Shown: positions 1 to 7,723 of the stretch, in pieces | Numbering within the stretch: the first letter of the stretch is position 1 | Layout: each line of letters starts with the position of its first letter | Assembly (NCBI GenBank): GCA_029565395.1 | Contig: JAKQOG010000048.1 | Location: 206 to 64,205 of the forward strand | Reading direction: 5' to 3' | DNA: 64,000 bases | Source of the DNA: Candidatus Hydrogenedentota bacterium | GTDB taxonomy: Bacteria; Hydrogenedentota; Hydrogenedentia; Hydrogenedentales; CAILVY01 | Program-made: the position numbers and the translations under genes | Notes under the pieces: generated by a model | Told to the model about the DNA's origin: nothing | The model's input: the letters and a program-made list of their open reading frames with translations, nothing else | Database searches by the model: none

Positions 1-26
1 AAGACGGCTTTTGTCCAGGCCCGTAA
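1..26 (+). CDS. 3' end of an upstream giant surface-protein paralog (window-truncated)
   Basis: The frame starting at nt 3 reads DGFCPGP followed by TAA at 24-26. This is the same Cys-Pro-Gly tail that ends the giant ORFs at 3684, 7457, 15382, 23844(-) and 28669(-). Confidence 0.45.
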
Positions 27-103
27 GGGGGCCGCCGCATGTATCGGAAATGCAGGGTGCGCCGCGCGCACCGTTTACGCCAAAATGCGCATAATAAAAA
101 ATA

Positions 104-132
104 TTGACGAATCCTTCTGCGGATCGCATAAT
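104..132 (+). promoter_or_regulatory. sigma70-like promoter upstream of giant ORF 1
   Basis: TTGACG at 104-109, a 17-nt spacer, then CATAAT at 127-132. It lies ~115 nt upstream of the ATG at 247 in an AT-rich stretch. Confidence 0.35.
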
Positions 133-246
133 GGGGCATGTGCAGAACAGGATGGGTATCGATGCAGAGCAAGATATTTTTCCTTTTTTTATGACTAAGC
201 AGACGGGAGACAGAATAGCCAGAGTAACCACACTGGGAGAGGTGTC

Positions 247-3200
247 ATGAGTAAAATAGAGGTTAAGCAGAGGATGACGTGGTGGGTTTTGGGATTGGTA
301 ATGTGTTCCGTTATGGCCTGTGCCGCCAATGGGGAAATGGCGGCCGGCGCTTCGAAAACGCCGGTTGAAAATCCCGCCATTTTGGTATATGTGGGCCTAT
401 GCACCGGCGGGCAGGACTATGCCAACGAAGCCCTTGCCAACCTTGGCTATGCCAATGTCACCACGGTCACCACTTTGGCTGATTTTCAAACACAGTTGGC
501 CTTCTCGTGGAATCTGATTATTTATGACGGATACTACTCCTTTCTGAATACCACCATCCTCGATATGCTCAAAACAAAGTATGATTCAGGCGGCCGCATC
601 ATTTTTTCCGATGCGAATGTTCTTGCGCTGAAGGCGCATTCGTTGTTTTCCGCCGCCGGTGTCTCCATTATCAACGAATTCACCGTTCCGGAACCCCTTT
701 ACCCCTGGCAAAACGATCCCCTGTTCATTACCCCCAACGAAGTGCCGCCCATCACGGTCCTGAGCGATTTGTGCAACCGTGACGGCGTGCATCTGGAACC
801 TGTTGCCGGGCTGTCTACCGCACACGCTGGCGCCACCGAAACGGCCGAAACCAACAAGGCCCTGTTAACCGTGGATGCGAAACGCCATTTTATCTTTAAT
901 GGATTCGCTCCACAAACCGTCACGGGCGATCAGGATAGCGACAGCAAGCCTGACATGGTTGAATTATATGAAAATGAAATTCATCACTTGCTTGCGGGCG
1001 GCAACGGCGCGCTGGTCTTTTTTTCAACGTGTAACGGCGGCTTGGACTACTTTTCGGATGCATTGGATATGGCTGGCTTGAGCAACCGCACCGTTGTGTA
1101 TAATCAAGATGATTTTCTTGATCAATTGAATACGGGCAACTGGCGGTTGGTGATTGTGGATGCCTACGACATGAGCATAGACTCCACAGCGCTGGATGCA
1201 TTGGTCCGTCATTACAATAGCGGCGGGAAGACAATCCTGTATACGTGGAATCTGTTGAGTCTTGCTGCACATCCCTTCTTTACTCTCGCCGGCGCCAATC
1301 CCCTGTCCAACTATTCCACCCCGCAACCCATCTATGACTGGGATGTCTCGAATCTTTTCAAACAGCCGTGGACCATTCCTGATCTCACTGCGCTGAGCGA
1401 CCTGTGCCCTATCGATGGCCAGTATCTTCAAGCTACCACGGGCATTGCGCTCGCCGGCAACACCCCAACGTATGACGCCACTAAAGCCACCATTGTCATG
1501 GATGCCCACCGCCGGATATTGCTGAACGGATTCGCTCCCCAGAATGTTACCAGTAACCTTACGGGGTACAACGACATGACGGCCCTGTATGAAAACGAGA
1601 TCAACCTGTTGCTCTGGGGTGGACGCGGCACCCTGGTGTATATCGAGGCATGCGGGGGAAGCCCGGACTATATCTCCCCCGCCCTGGCCAATCTTGGTAT
1701 TACGGACGTTACTAGAGCCTCCGATGCGCTTGATTTCACCCTCCAACTTGCATCGGGCACCTGGGATACGGTCATTTATGAGGCCTACCGCATCGACACC
1801 ACCACGGAAACTCTGGACGCATTGCTGAACTTTTTTGATAAGAACCAGGGAAGTCTCGTCATCTCTCTATTTGACCTGAAAGCATTTGCCAGTCATCCTC
1901 TCTTTTCGGACCGTGCCGGGATCACCGTGGGTAGCGAGTACGGCGATCCACAGCCCATCTATGCCTGGAATCAATCCATCCTGTTTCAGGCGCCCAATGA
2001 GGTCCCTACTCTCAGCGCTTTCTCGAACCCCTGCGCGACGGACGGACAATTTATGGAAGTGACCACCGCCACCGCCCATGCGGGTTATACGGCAGATCCT
2101 TCAGCGAACAACACCGCCATTGCCGTTAACCAGAGCAAGCGGCTGATCGTCAATGGATTTATCCCAGGAATTGTGACAGGAGACGCCGATGGGGACTTAA
2201 AAGACGACATGGTTGAGCTCTACGAAAATGAAATTCTCTATAGCCGGGCAGGAACCAAGGTGGGGACCCTAGTGCTTTTCAACGATTGTTTTTTCGGACA
2301 AAATTATGTGGAACCGGCAGCCGCTAATCTTGGGTTGTCGAGAACGATCATAAGCAACGAAACATGGTTTCGAACCTATCTTGCCGCAGGGGATTGGGGT
2401 ACGGTCATTTATGATTCCTACAGCGCTTTCTTTCCGAATGGCCTTGAACAGGATCTGACGGCATATTACGATCAGGGTGGACGCATCATCCTGTCCGCGT
2501 GGGACCTTACCTCTTATGGAGGATACCCCATTTTGGACCGAGCAGGCATTTCGGTGGGATCCCAGTATAACACCCCTGAGCCTATCTATGCCTGGGACGT
2601 ATCGCCATTTTTCGATACCCCCAACCTAATCCCTAATCTGACCATTTTCAGTGATTTATGCGATGTTGACGGCCAGTATCTGCAACCCGGTACGGCATCC
2701 GCGGTCGCCGGCTTCACCGCTTCCCCTCAGGCAGACACCGCCGCCATTACCATGGACGCCCAATCCCGTTTTATCGTGAACGGTTTCATGCCCCAGAATG
2801 TTACCGGCGATGAAGACGGCGATACCAAGCTGGATATGGTTGAACTGTATGAAAATGAACTTAATGCCGTGCAGATGGCAACAGCAGAACGTTCCTGCCC
2901 CGCGGAATCCTTCTTCTCGCAAATACCGTATGCTCCCCCTGAAGCAATGGGTGCATGGTTTAGCGATGTGGATCTCCCCTATACGGTGTATGAAAACTTT
3001 AATGGCCTTACGGATCCCATCGGACAGATCGTGTGGTGGGGGCTCAATTGTTATTGTGACGCCATACCCGCGACGGACACCTTTTCTGTTGGATTTTACG
3101 AGGACAATGCGGGACTGCCCGGGAACCTGATTTACGAAGAAACCGTGACCCCCATACGGGAAAAGGTTGATGTGATGTATTATGTCTGGTGGCTATATCA

Positions 3201-3684
3201 ATATACCGTCACTTTAGCGGCGCCCCAATCAATCGACTCCGGCTGGCTCAAGATACGCGTTATAAATAGCAGCAAGTGCACGTGGGGATGGATGAGCAGC
3301 GGCCAGGGCGATCATTTCGCCTACCAGGAGGGTAGCGGACCCTTGAATAATCTGGATTTCGGCGTCTGTTTCATTGGCGCCAGTGCAAGCGGTATCCACA
3401 GCGCCGACACCAACAGCGATTATATCATCGGCCTCTCGGAACTTCTCCGCGTTATCCAGTTTTTCAACTCCAATGGATTCCATTGCCAGGCTGGCACCGA
3501 AGACGGTTTCGCGCCGGGTCCCGGCGATACAAGCTGTGCTCCCTATGACAGCGACTATAACCCAACCGATTGGCAGATAAGCCTTTCGGAATTGCTCCGG
3601 GTGATCCAGTTCTTCAATTCCGGCGGATATCATTACTGCCCCGGCGATGGTACGGAAGACGGGTATTGCCCCGGTCAAGGCTGA
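247..3684 (+). CDS. Giant secreted repeat protein 1 (1145 aa): signal peptide, 4 tandem ~210-aa repeats, one WWG/FYEDNAG-type domain, C-terminal dockerin/EF-hand-like Cys module
   Basis: RBS GGGAGAGG lies before the ATG. The N-terminus MSKIEVKQRMTWWVLGLVMCSVMACAANG is signal-like. Four repeats start near aa 54, 264, 470 and 684 (GGxDY...ALANLGY...DMVELYENE). The last ~90 aa are DTNSDYIIGLSELLRVIQFFNS...GTEDGYCPGQG. Confidence 0.85.
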   Translation: MSKIEVKQRMTWWVLGLVMCSVMACAANGEMAAGASKTPVENPAILVYVGLCTGGQDYANEALANLGYANVTTVTTLADFQTQLAFSWNLIIYDGYYSFLNTTILDMLKTKYDSGGRIIFSDANVLALKAHSLFSAAGVSIINEFTVPEPLYPWQNDPLFITPNEVPPITVLSDLCNRDGVHLEPVAGLSTAHAGATETAETNKALLTVDAKRHFIFNGFAPQTVTGDQDSDSKPDMVELYENEIHHLLAGGNGALVFFSTCNGGLDYFSDALDMAGLSNRTVVYNQDDFLDQLNTGNWRLVIVDAYDMSIDSTALDALVRHYNSGGKTILYTWNLLSLAAHPFFTLAGANPLSNYSTPQPIYDWDVSNLFKQPWTIPDLTALSDLCPIDGQYLQATTGIALAGNTPTYDATKATIVMDAHRRILLNGFAPQNVTSNLTGYNDMTALYENEINLLLWGGRGTLVYIEACGGSPDYISPALANLGITDVTRASDALDFTLQLASGTWDTVIYEAYRIDTTTETLDALLNFFDKNQGSLVISLFDLKAFASHPLFSDRAGITVGSEYGDPQPIYAWNQSILFQAPNEVPTLSAFSNPCATDGQFMEVTTATAHAGYTADPSANNTAIAVNQSKRLIVNGFIPGIVTGDADGDLKDDMVELYENEILYSRAGTKVGTLVLFNDCFFGQNYVEPAAANLGLSRTIISNETWFRTYLAAGDWGTVIYDSYSAFFPNGLEQDLTAYYDQGGRIILSAWDLTSYGGYPILDRAGISVGSQYNTPEPIYAWDVSPFFDTPNLIPNLTIFSDLCDVDGQYLQPGTASAVAGFTASPQADTAAITMDAQSRFIVNGFMPQNVTGDEDGDTKLDMVELYENELNAVQMATAERSCPAESFFSQIPYAPPEAMGAWFSDVDLPYTVYENFNGLTDPIGQIVWWGLNCYCDAIPATDTFSVGFYEDNAGLPGNLIYEETVTPIREKVDVMYYVWWLYQYTVTLAAPQSIDSGWLKIRVINSSKCTWGWMSSGQGDHFAYQEGSGPLNNLDFGVCFIGASASGIHSADTNSDYIIGLSELLRVIQFFNSNGFHCQAGTEDGFAPGPGDTSCAPYDSDYNPTDWQISLSELLRVIQFFNSGGYHYCPGDGTEDGYCPGQG

Positions 3685-3710
3685 TCGCAAAAGAAACAGT
3701 ATACACCCGC

Positions 3711-3745
3711 GCGCGGCTAGCAAAAGAGGCTTGCCGCGCTTTTTC
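3711..3745 (+). terminator. Rho-independent terminator after giant ORF 1
   Basis: Stem GCGCGGC (3711-3717), loop, stem GCCGCGC (3733-3739), then TTTTT. Confidence 0.55.
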
Positions 3746-3791
3746 TATGATTGCTTCTGTGTTTCTTTTATTATTGCTCTTTATTTTTGCT

Positions 3792-3819
3792 TTGCTTGTA
3801 TACATGCATAGTGTATACT
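3792..3819 (+). promoter_or_regulatory. Candidate sigma70 promoter for giant ORF 2, overlapped by a GTATAC-ATGCAT-GTATAC palindromic array
   Basis: TTGCTT at 3792-3797, a 16-nt spacer, TATACT at 3814-3819. The spacer and -10 contain GTATAC ATGCAT AGT GTATAC (3798-3818). Confidence 0.3.
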
Positions 3820-3881
3820 TATGATTAAGTATAGGTGTGAAAAGAAACGTAGAGGGAACCCAACCTGAAGGAGGGAGCATC

Positions 3882-6800
3882 ATGCTGTATATAAGACGCA
3901 CGGGACATTTTCCACATCAATCAACGTTAATCGCACGGGTTCTGTTAGGAATAGCTCTTATTCCCATTCTAGGCGGTCAAGCACCCGCACAAATCAACGC
4001 TCTTGCGCTTAAAGATGATGCGCGAACAAAAGTTACCCTGTGCACGGTAACGATCAATTTCGATGATGTATCTGCGCCCACGTTATTCATGAATGCAACG
4101 CATCTTACGGACGCATACAGTCAAATGTATGGAGTAACGTTTTATGGCCCAGACGGGGATAACGGCGGCGCCATTTTAGATAGCAGCACTTGGGCGTCGG
4201 TCACAGGCGAAAGCACCCCGAATTTTCTAGCCTTTGACACCCTGGGAGATCTTTCGGATGGCGGTGTAGCCATAGGGCCAGAAACGATTGAATTCCGAAG
4301 TCCCGTGGATGGTGTCAGCGTAAATGTGGCTACGGGGACGGGAGGCCATGCCACCCTCGAAGCCCGTGACCCGTATGGAACGGTTCTGGACAGTCAAACC
4401 GTATCATTGGGTTTCGCGATGCAAACGGTCACGATTATGTCGCCAGGAATTAAGTCATTAGTAGCGTCCTTTGACGACTCGACATTTCTAATGGATGATC
4501 TGTGCATTTACGGCGATCCTAACGGTGAGTCCTGTGCTGATGATTCGTTCTTTAGTCAAAAACCTATGAGTCCGTGGGAATCATGGAATGGATTTCCAAG
4601 CAATGTTGGGGGGAATAGTCTCTTGTATGAGAATTTCTCCGGATTGACCGAACCAATACAACGTATTCGTTGGTGGGGATTTGGAGTTGCCCCCGGCTTT
4701 TTCAACTGCACGCCCACGGGGAGTTCGTTTGAAATTGGGTTGTATTATGATGACGGGGGCGCGCCCGGAGCTCAATGTTACTCAGAGACCGTGACGGCGG
4801 CAATGTACGAGACGGGCCGGATATTTGCAGGAGTAGATAACTTTACGGAATACAGGTTCGAGGCAGACCTTGCAAATCCGTCCTACTTTTCCAATGGCTG
4901 GATTATGATTAAAGGCCTGGGAGATTTCTCCACATGCGGTTTTTATTGGCTGTTATCGCCAGAGGGCGATAACGTTTCCTCGCTGTCCACGGATGAAGGG
5001 GCCACCTTTAGCCCACAGACGATGAATTTCTCTATTTGCCTGAGCCCCGGCCCTGGCTACCGGCAGGAATGTGGAACGGGTTCTGCCTTTTCACAACGGC
5101 CCTTTGTTCCAAATTCTGTTTCTGAGTTTGGAAATTATTTCTTCAGCAGCGAAGCGCTGGGCTACACTGCCTATGAGAATTTTTCAGGGCTTAGCTGGCC
5201 TGCCAAGCACATTACCTGGTGGGGCATTGACTACTCCACTTCCTATAGTCCTTGTTCACGCACGATGGGTGATTTTACCATTTCCGTATACAACGACAAT
5301 GCCGGCGCTCCGGGTTCACTGGCGCTTGAGGAAACACTCACGCCTGTCCGCATGGATACAGGCAGGCAATGGTTCGACGGGACAAATTATTATCCTGAAT
5401 ACCGCTATGAAGCTGAATTGACCGGGCAGATTGACCTGGCGGATGGGTGGATTTCGATTTTTGGCAGCAATGAAGATGGGACATGCGGTTTTGCCTGGGC
5501 TGTCTCGCCGGTGGGGGACGATCTGATTTACCAAGCAATGAATGGTGAAACTCCCGCCAGTAAGCCAGGTTTTGACTTGAGCATTTGCCTGGACACCTAT
5601 ACGGGACCGCCACAGTATTGCATGGATGGTTCGCAGTTTAATCAAAAGCCCTATGGTCCTCTGGACCCTGGAGTCAACGCATGGTATAGCGGAGACGAGA
5701 CCGGATATATTGTGTATGACAATTTTTCCTCGCACTGGCCAATAAATTCCCTTCAATGGTGGGGAGCGGCCAGCGGACCGGCTTGCACCTCGTTTCAAAT
5801 TACATTTTATGAGGATAATGCCGGGCAACCAGGGATTGTGACATATCAGGAGAATGTGGTGGCGACACAAGAGCCAACGACTCGTTTATTTTTTGGAGGG
5901 CCTGAGTACAGGTTCTTCGCCACGCTTAGTTCTTCGGTAGCATTGGCCAGCGGCTGGATCTCCATCGCGGGGATAAACGGAGCCGGGTGTGGCTTTGGAT
6001 GGATTTGCTCTCCGAATGGGGATGACATTTCATTTAGTCAAACCCCGCCTGGCAGCGGTCCCTTCGTTAACCTCAACGTGGATCTGGCGTTGTGTCTGGG
6101 CGCGGATACGGGACCTGCGGAAACGTGCTCACCGTATGCACTGTTCGGCCAGCCGAGCATGGACCCCACTGCCTTGGGAGTGAACGCTCTCTTCAGCGAC
6201 GAAATATTGACCTATGCCGCCTATGAGAATTTTTCGGGAATCACGGATTCGATTACCGATGTCCGCTGGTGGGGCGTTCATTTCAATTACGCACCTTGTA
6301 CGCGCGTGACAGATACGTACCAAATAACATTTTATGAGGATAATGCAGGGCAACCGGGCGCTGTAGTGGAACAGGCGGTGATTACGCCGGACCGGACATT
6401 GACAGGCCGGATATTCTATTTTTCGGCGGACTATCCGGAATATTTGTGCCATGTGCGGCTAAGTACACCGGTGTCCCTTGCCACGGGCTGGATCTCCATT
6501 GTGGGCGTAGGGGATGCATCGTGTGGATTTGCATGGATGTGTTCAAGCGTGGGCGATTCTTTCTGCCTTCAATACCCCATCGCCGGCGGATCCCCCTTGA
6601 CTGGATACAGTGATCTCAGTCTATGTCTAAGCCATGAAGAAGAATTGTGCCAAGTCGTCCTCGATGGATCACAAGAAGCGCCACCCATTGGCAGCGCTGC
6701 CACTGGTATGGCAACATTTGCACACGTTGGCCCAGATGCAGTGCAGTTGACAGTAGTCCATGATGTGGCAGATCCTACCGCTGCACATATACACAGTGGC

Positions 6801-7457
6801 GTGCCTGGAGTAAATGGTCCGGCCGTCTTTGATCTGGGAATGCCAACCAGCCCCATAGAAGTGACGATGACATTGGCGGAATACACCTTGTTCTCTACTG
6901 ATCATTATGTAAATGTTCATAGTCTCATGTATCCGGCCGGAGAAATCCGAGGCGATATTCTCTGTCTTCCGGCCGAAGGCGAAGGCGCGGAGGAAGGTGA
7001 AGGTGCAGTGGAAGGCGAAGGCGCGGAGGAAGGCGAAGGCGCGGAGGAAGGTGAAGGTGCAGTGGAAGGCGAGGGTGCAGTGGAAGGCGAGGGTGCAGTG
7101 GAAGGCGAAGGCGCGGAGGAAGGCGAAGGCGCGGAGGAAGGCGAAGGTGCAGTGGAAGGCGAAGATGGATTCCTGACGGCGGATCAGGATCAAGACAATG
7201 CGATCAGCCTTTCCGAACTGCTCCGCGTTATCCAGTTTTTCAACTCCAATGGATTCCATTGCCAGGCCGGCACCGAAGATGGCTATGCCCCCGGTCCTGG
7301 CGATACGAGCTGTGCGCCCTACGACAGCGACTATAACCCAATCGATTGGCAGATAAGCCTTTCGGAATTGCTCCGGGTGATCCAGTTCTTCAATTCCGGC
7401 GGATACCACTACTGTCCCGGCGATGGCACGGAAGACGGGTATTGCCCCGGCCTATAA
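3882..7457 (+). CDS. Giant secreted repeat protein 2 (~1191 aa): signal peptide, 4 tandem ~170-aa WWG/FYEDNAG repeats, CHRD domain, EG-repeat linker, C-terminal dockerin/EF-hand-like Cys module
   Basis: The start is moved to the ATG at 3882, which has a strong GGAGGGAG RBS; the ORF track starts at 3837. The N-terminus MLYIRRTGHFPHQSTLIARVLLGIALIPILGG is signal-like. A CHRD-like segment reads LDGSQEAPPIGSAATGMATF...AAHIHSGVPGVNGPAVFDL...VNVHSLMYPAGEIRGDI. The C-terminus closely matches that of ORF 1 and ends ...GTEDGYCPGL. Confidence 0.85.
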   Translation: MLYIRRTGHFPHQSTLIARVLLGIALIPILGGQAPAQINALALKDDARTKVTLCTVTINFDDVSAPTLFMNATHLTDAYSQMYGVTFYGPDGDNGGAILDSSTWASVTGESTPNFLAFDTLGDLSDGGVAIGPETIEFRSPVDGVSVNVATGTGGHATLEARDPYGTVLDSQTVSLGFAMQTVTIMSPGIKSLVASFDDSTFLMDDLCIYGDPNGESCADDSFFSQKPMSPWESWNGFPSNVGGNSLLYENFSGLTEPIQRIRWWGFGVAPGFFNCTPTGSSFEIGLYYDDGGAPGAQCYSETVTAAMYETGRIFAGVDNFTEYRFEADLANPSYFSNGWIMIKGLGDFSTCGFYWLLSPEGDNVSSLSTDEGATFSPQTMNFSICLSPGPGYRQECGTGSAFSQRPFVPNSVSEFGNYFFSSEALGYTAYENFSGLSWPAKHITWWGIDYSTSYSPCSRTMGDFTISVYNDNAGAPGSLALEETLTPVRMDTGRQWFDGTNYYPEYRYEAELTGQIDLADGWISIFGSNEDGTCGFAWAVSPVGDDLIYQAMNGETPASKPGFDLSICLDTYTGPPQYCMDGSQFNQKPYGPLDPGVNAWYSGDETGYIVYDNFSSHWPINSLQWWGAASGPACTSFQITFYEDNAGQPGIVTYQENVVATQEPTTRLFFGGPEYRFFATLSSSVALASGWISIAGINGAGCGFGWICSPNGDDISFSQTPPGSGPFVNLNVDLALCLGADTGPAETCSPYALFGQPSMDPTALGVNALFSDEILTYAAYENFSGITDSITDVRWWGVHFNYAPCTRVTDTYQITFYEDNAGQPGAVVEQAVITPDRTLTGRIFYFSADYPEYLCHVRLSTPVSLATGWISIVGVGDASCGFAWMCSSVGDSFCLQYPIAGGSPLTGYSDLSLCLSHEEELCQVVLDGSQEAPPIGSAATGMATFAHVGPDAVQLTVVHDVADPTAAHIHSGVPGVNGPAVFDLGMPTSPIEVTMTLAEYTLFSTDHYVNVHSLMYPAGEIRGDILCLPAEGEGAEEGEGAVEGEGAEEGEGAEEGEGAVEGEGAVEGEGAVEGEGAEEGEGAEEGEGAVEGEDGFLTADQDQDNAISLSELLRVIQFFNSNGFHCQAGTEDGYAPGPGDTSCAPYDSDYNPIDWQISLSELLRVIQFFNSGGYHYCPGDGTEDGYCPGL
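6975..7165 (+). repeat. Perfect tandem 18/36-bp DNA repeats encoding an (EGEGA[EV])n acidic linker inside giant ORF 2
   Basis: Units gaaggcgaaggcgcggag and gaaggtgaaggtgcagtg are repeated about 10 times. They translate to EGEGAEEGEGAVEGEGA... Confidence 0.9.
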
Positions 7458-7625
7458 TCAGCTAAAAACTATATTAGCCGGACAGGCTGAAAGACTGAGC
7501 CCTGCTTTGGCCGGGGTTCGGGTCTTAGCCATTGCCTCCACGCCATGGGGAACCCCTTTTTCGGGGGATTTGGCGTGTATAAGGTTGTTTCATCCGGTTG
7601 GGGCATGGGCAATGCAAAATTATTG

Positions 7626-7654
7626 TTGACATTCCATAGAAGTATCGTTAGAAT
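7626..7654 (+). promoter_or_regulatory. Near-consensus sigma70 promoter for giant ORF 3
   Basis: TTGACA at 7626-7631, a 17-nt spacer, TAGAAT at 7649-7654. It sits ~70 nt upstream of the ATG at 7724. Confidence 0.5.
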
Positions 7655-7723
7655 ATGTAAATAGGATAAGGCGGGTGCTGGTCTGTCGGGGGGAAATTAC
7701 GCGATGATGAGGAGTACTGGGCC

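Noticed and set aside
6975-7165. Possible CRISPR array (regular short repeats)
   Set aside because: The repeats are contiguous with no spacers and in frame inside a long ORF. This is a coding tandem repeat, not a repeat-spacer array.
6669-7409. 246-aa minus-strand ORF and 87-aa plus ORF (6913-7176) across the EG-repeat region
   Set aside because: They are pure low-complexity products of the tandem 18-nt repeat (FAFLRA… / KAKARRK…). They are fully nested in or antisense to the 1191-aa ORF, which has recognisable domains.
7458-7723. Possible tRNA or sRNA in the 266-bp intergenic region
   Set aside because: No cloverleaf-compatible arms or GTTCGA-type T-loop are seen. The region is better explained by a consensus promoter plus 5' UTR.
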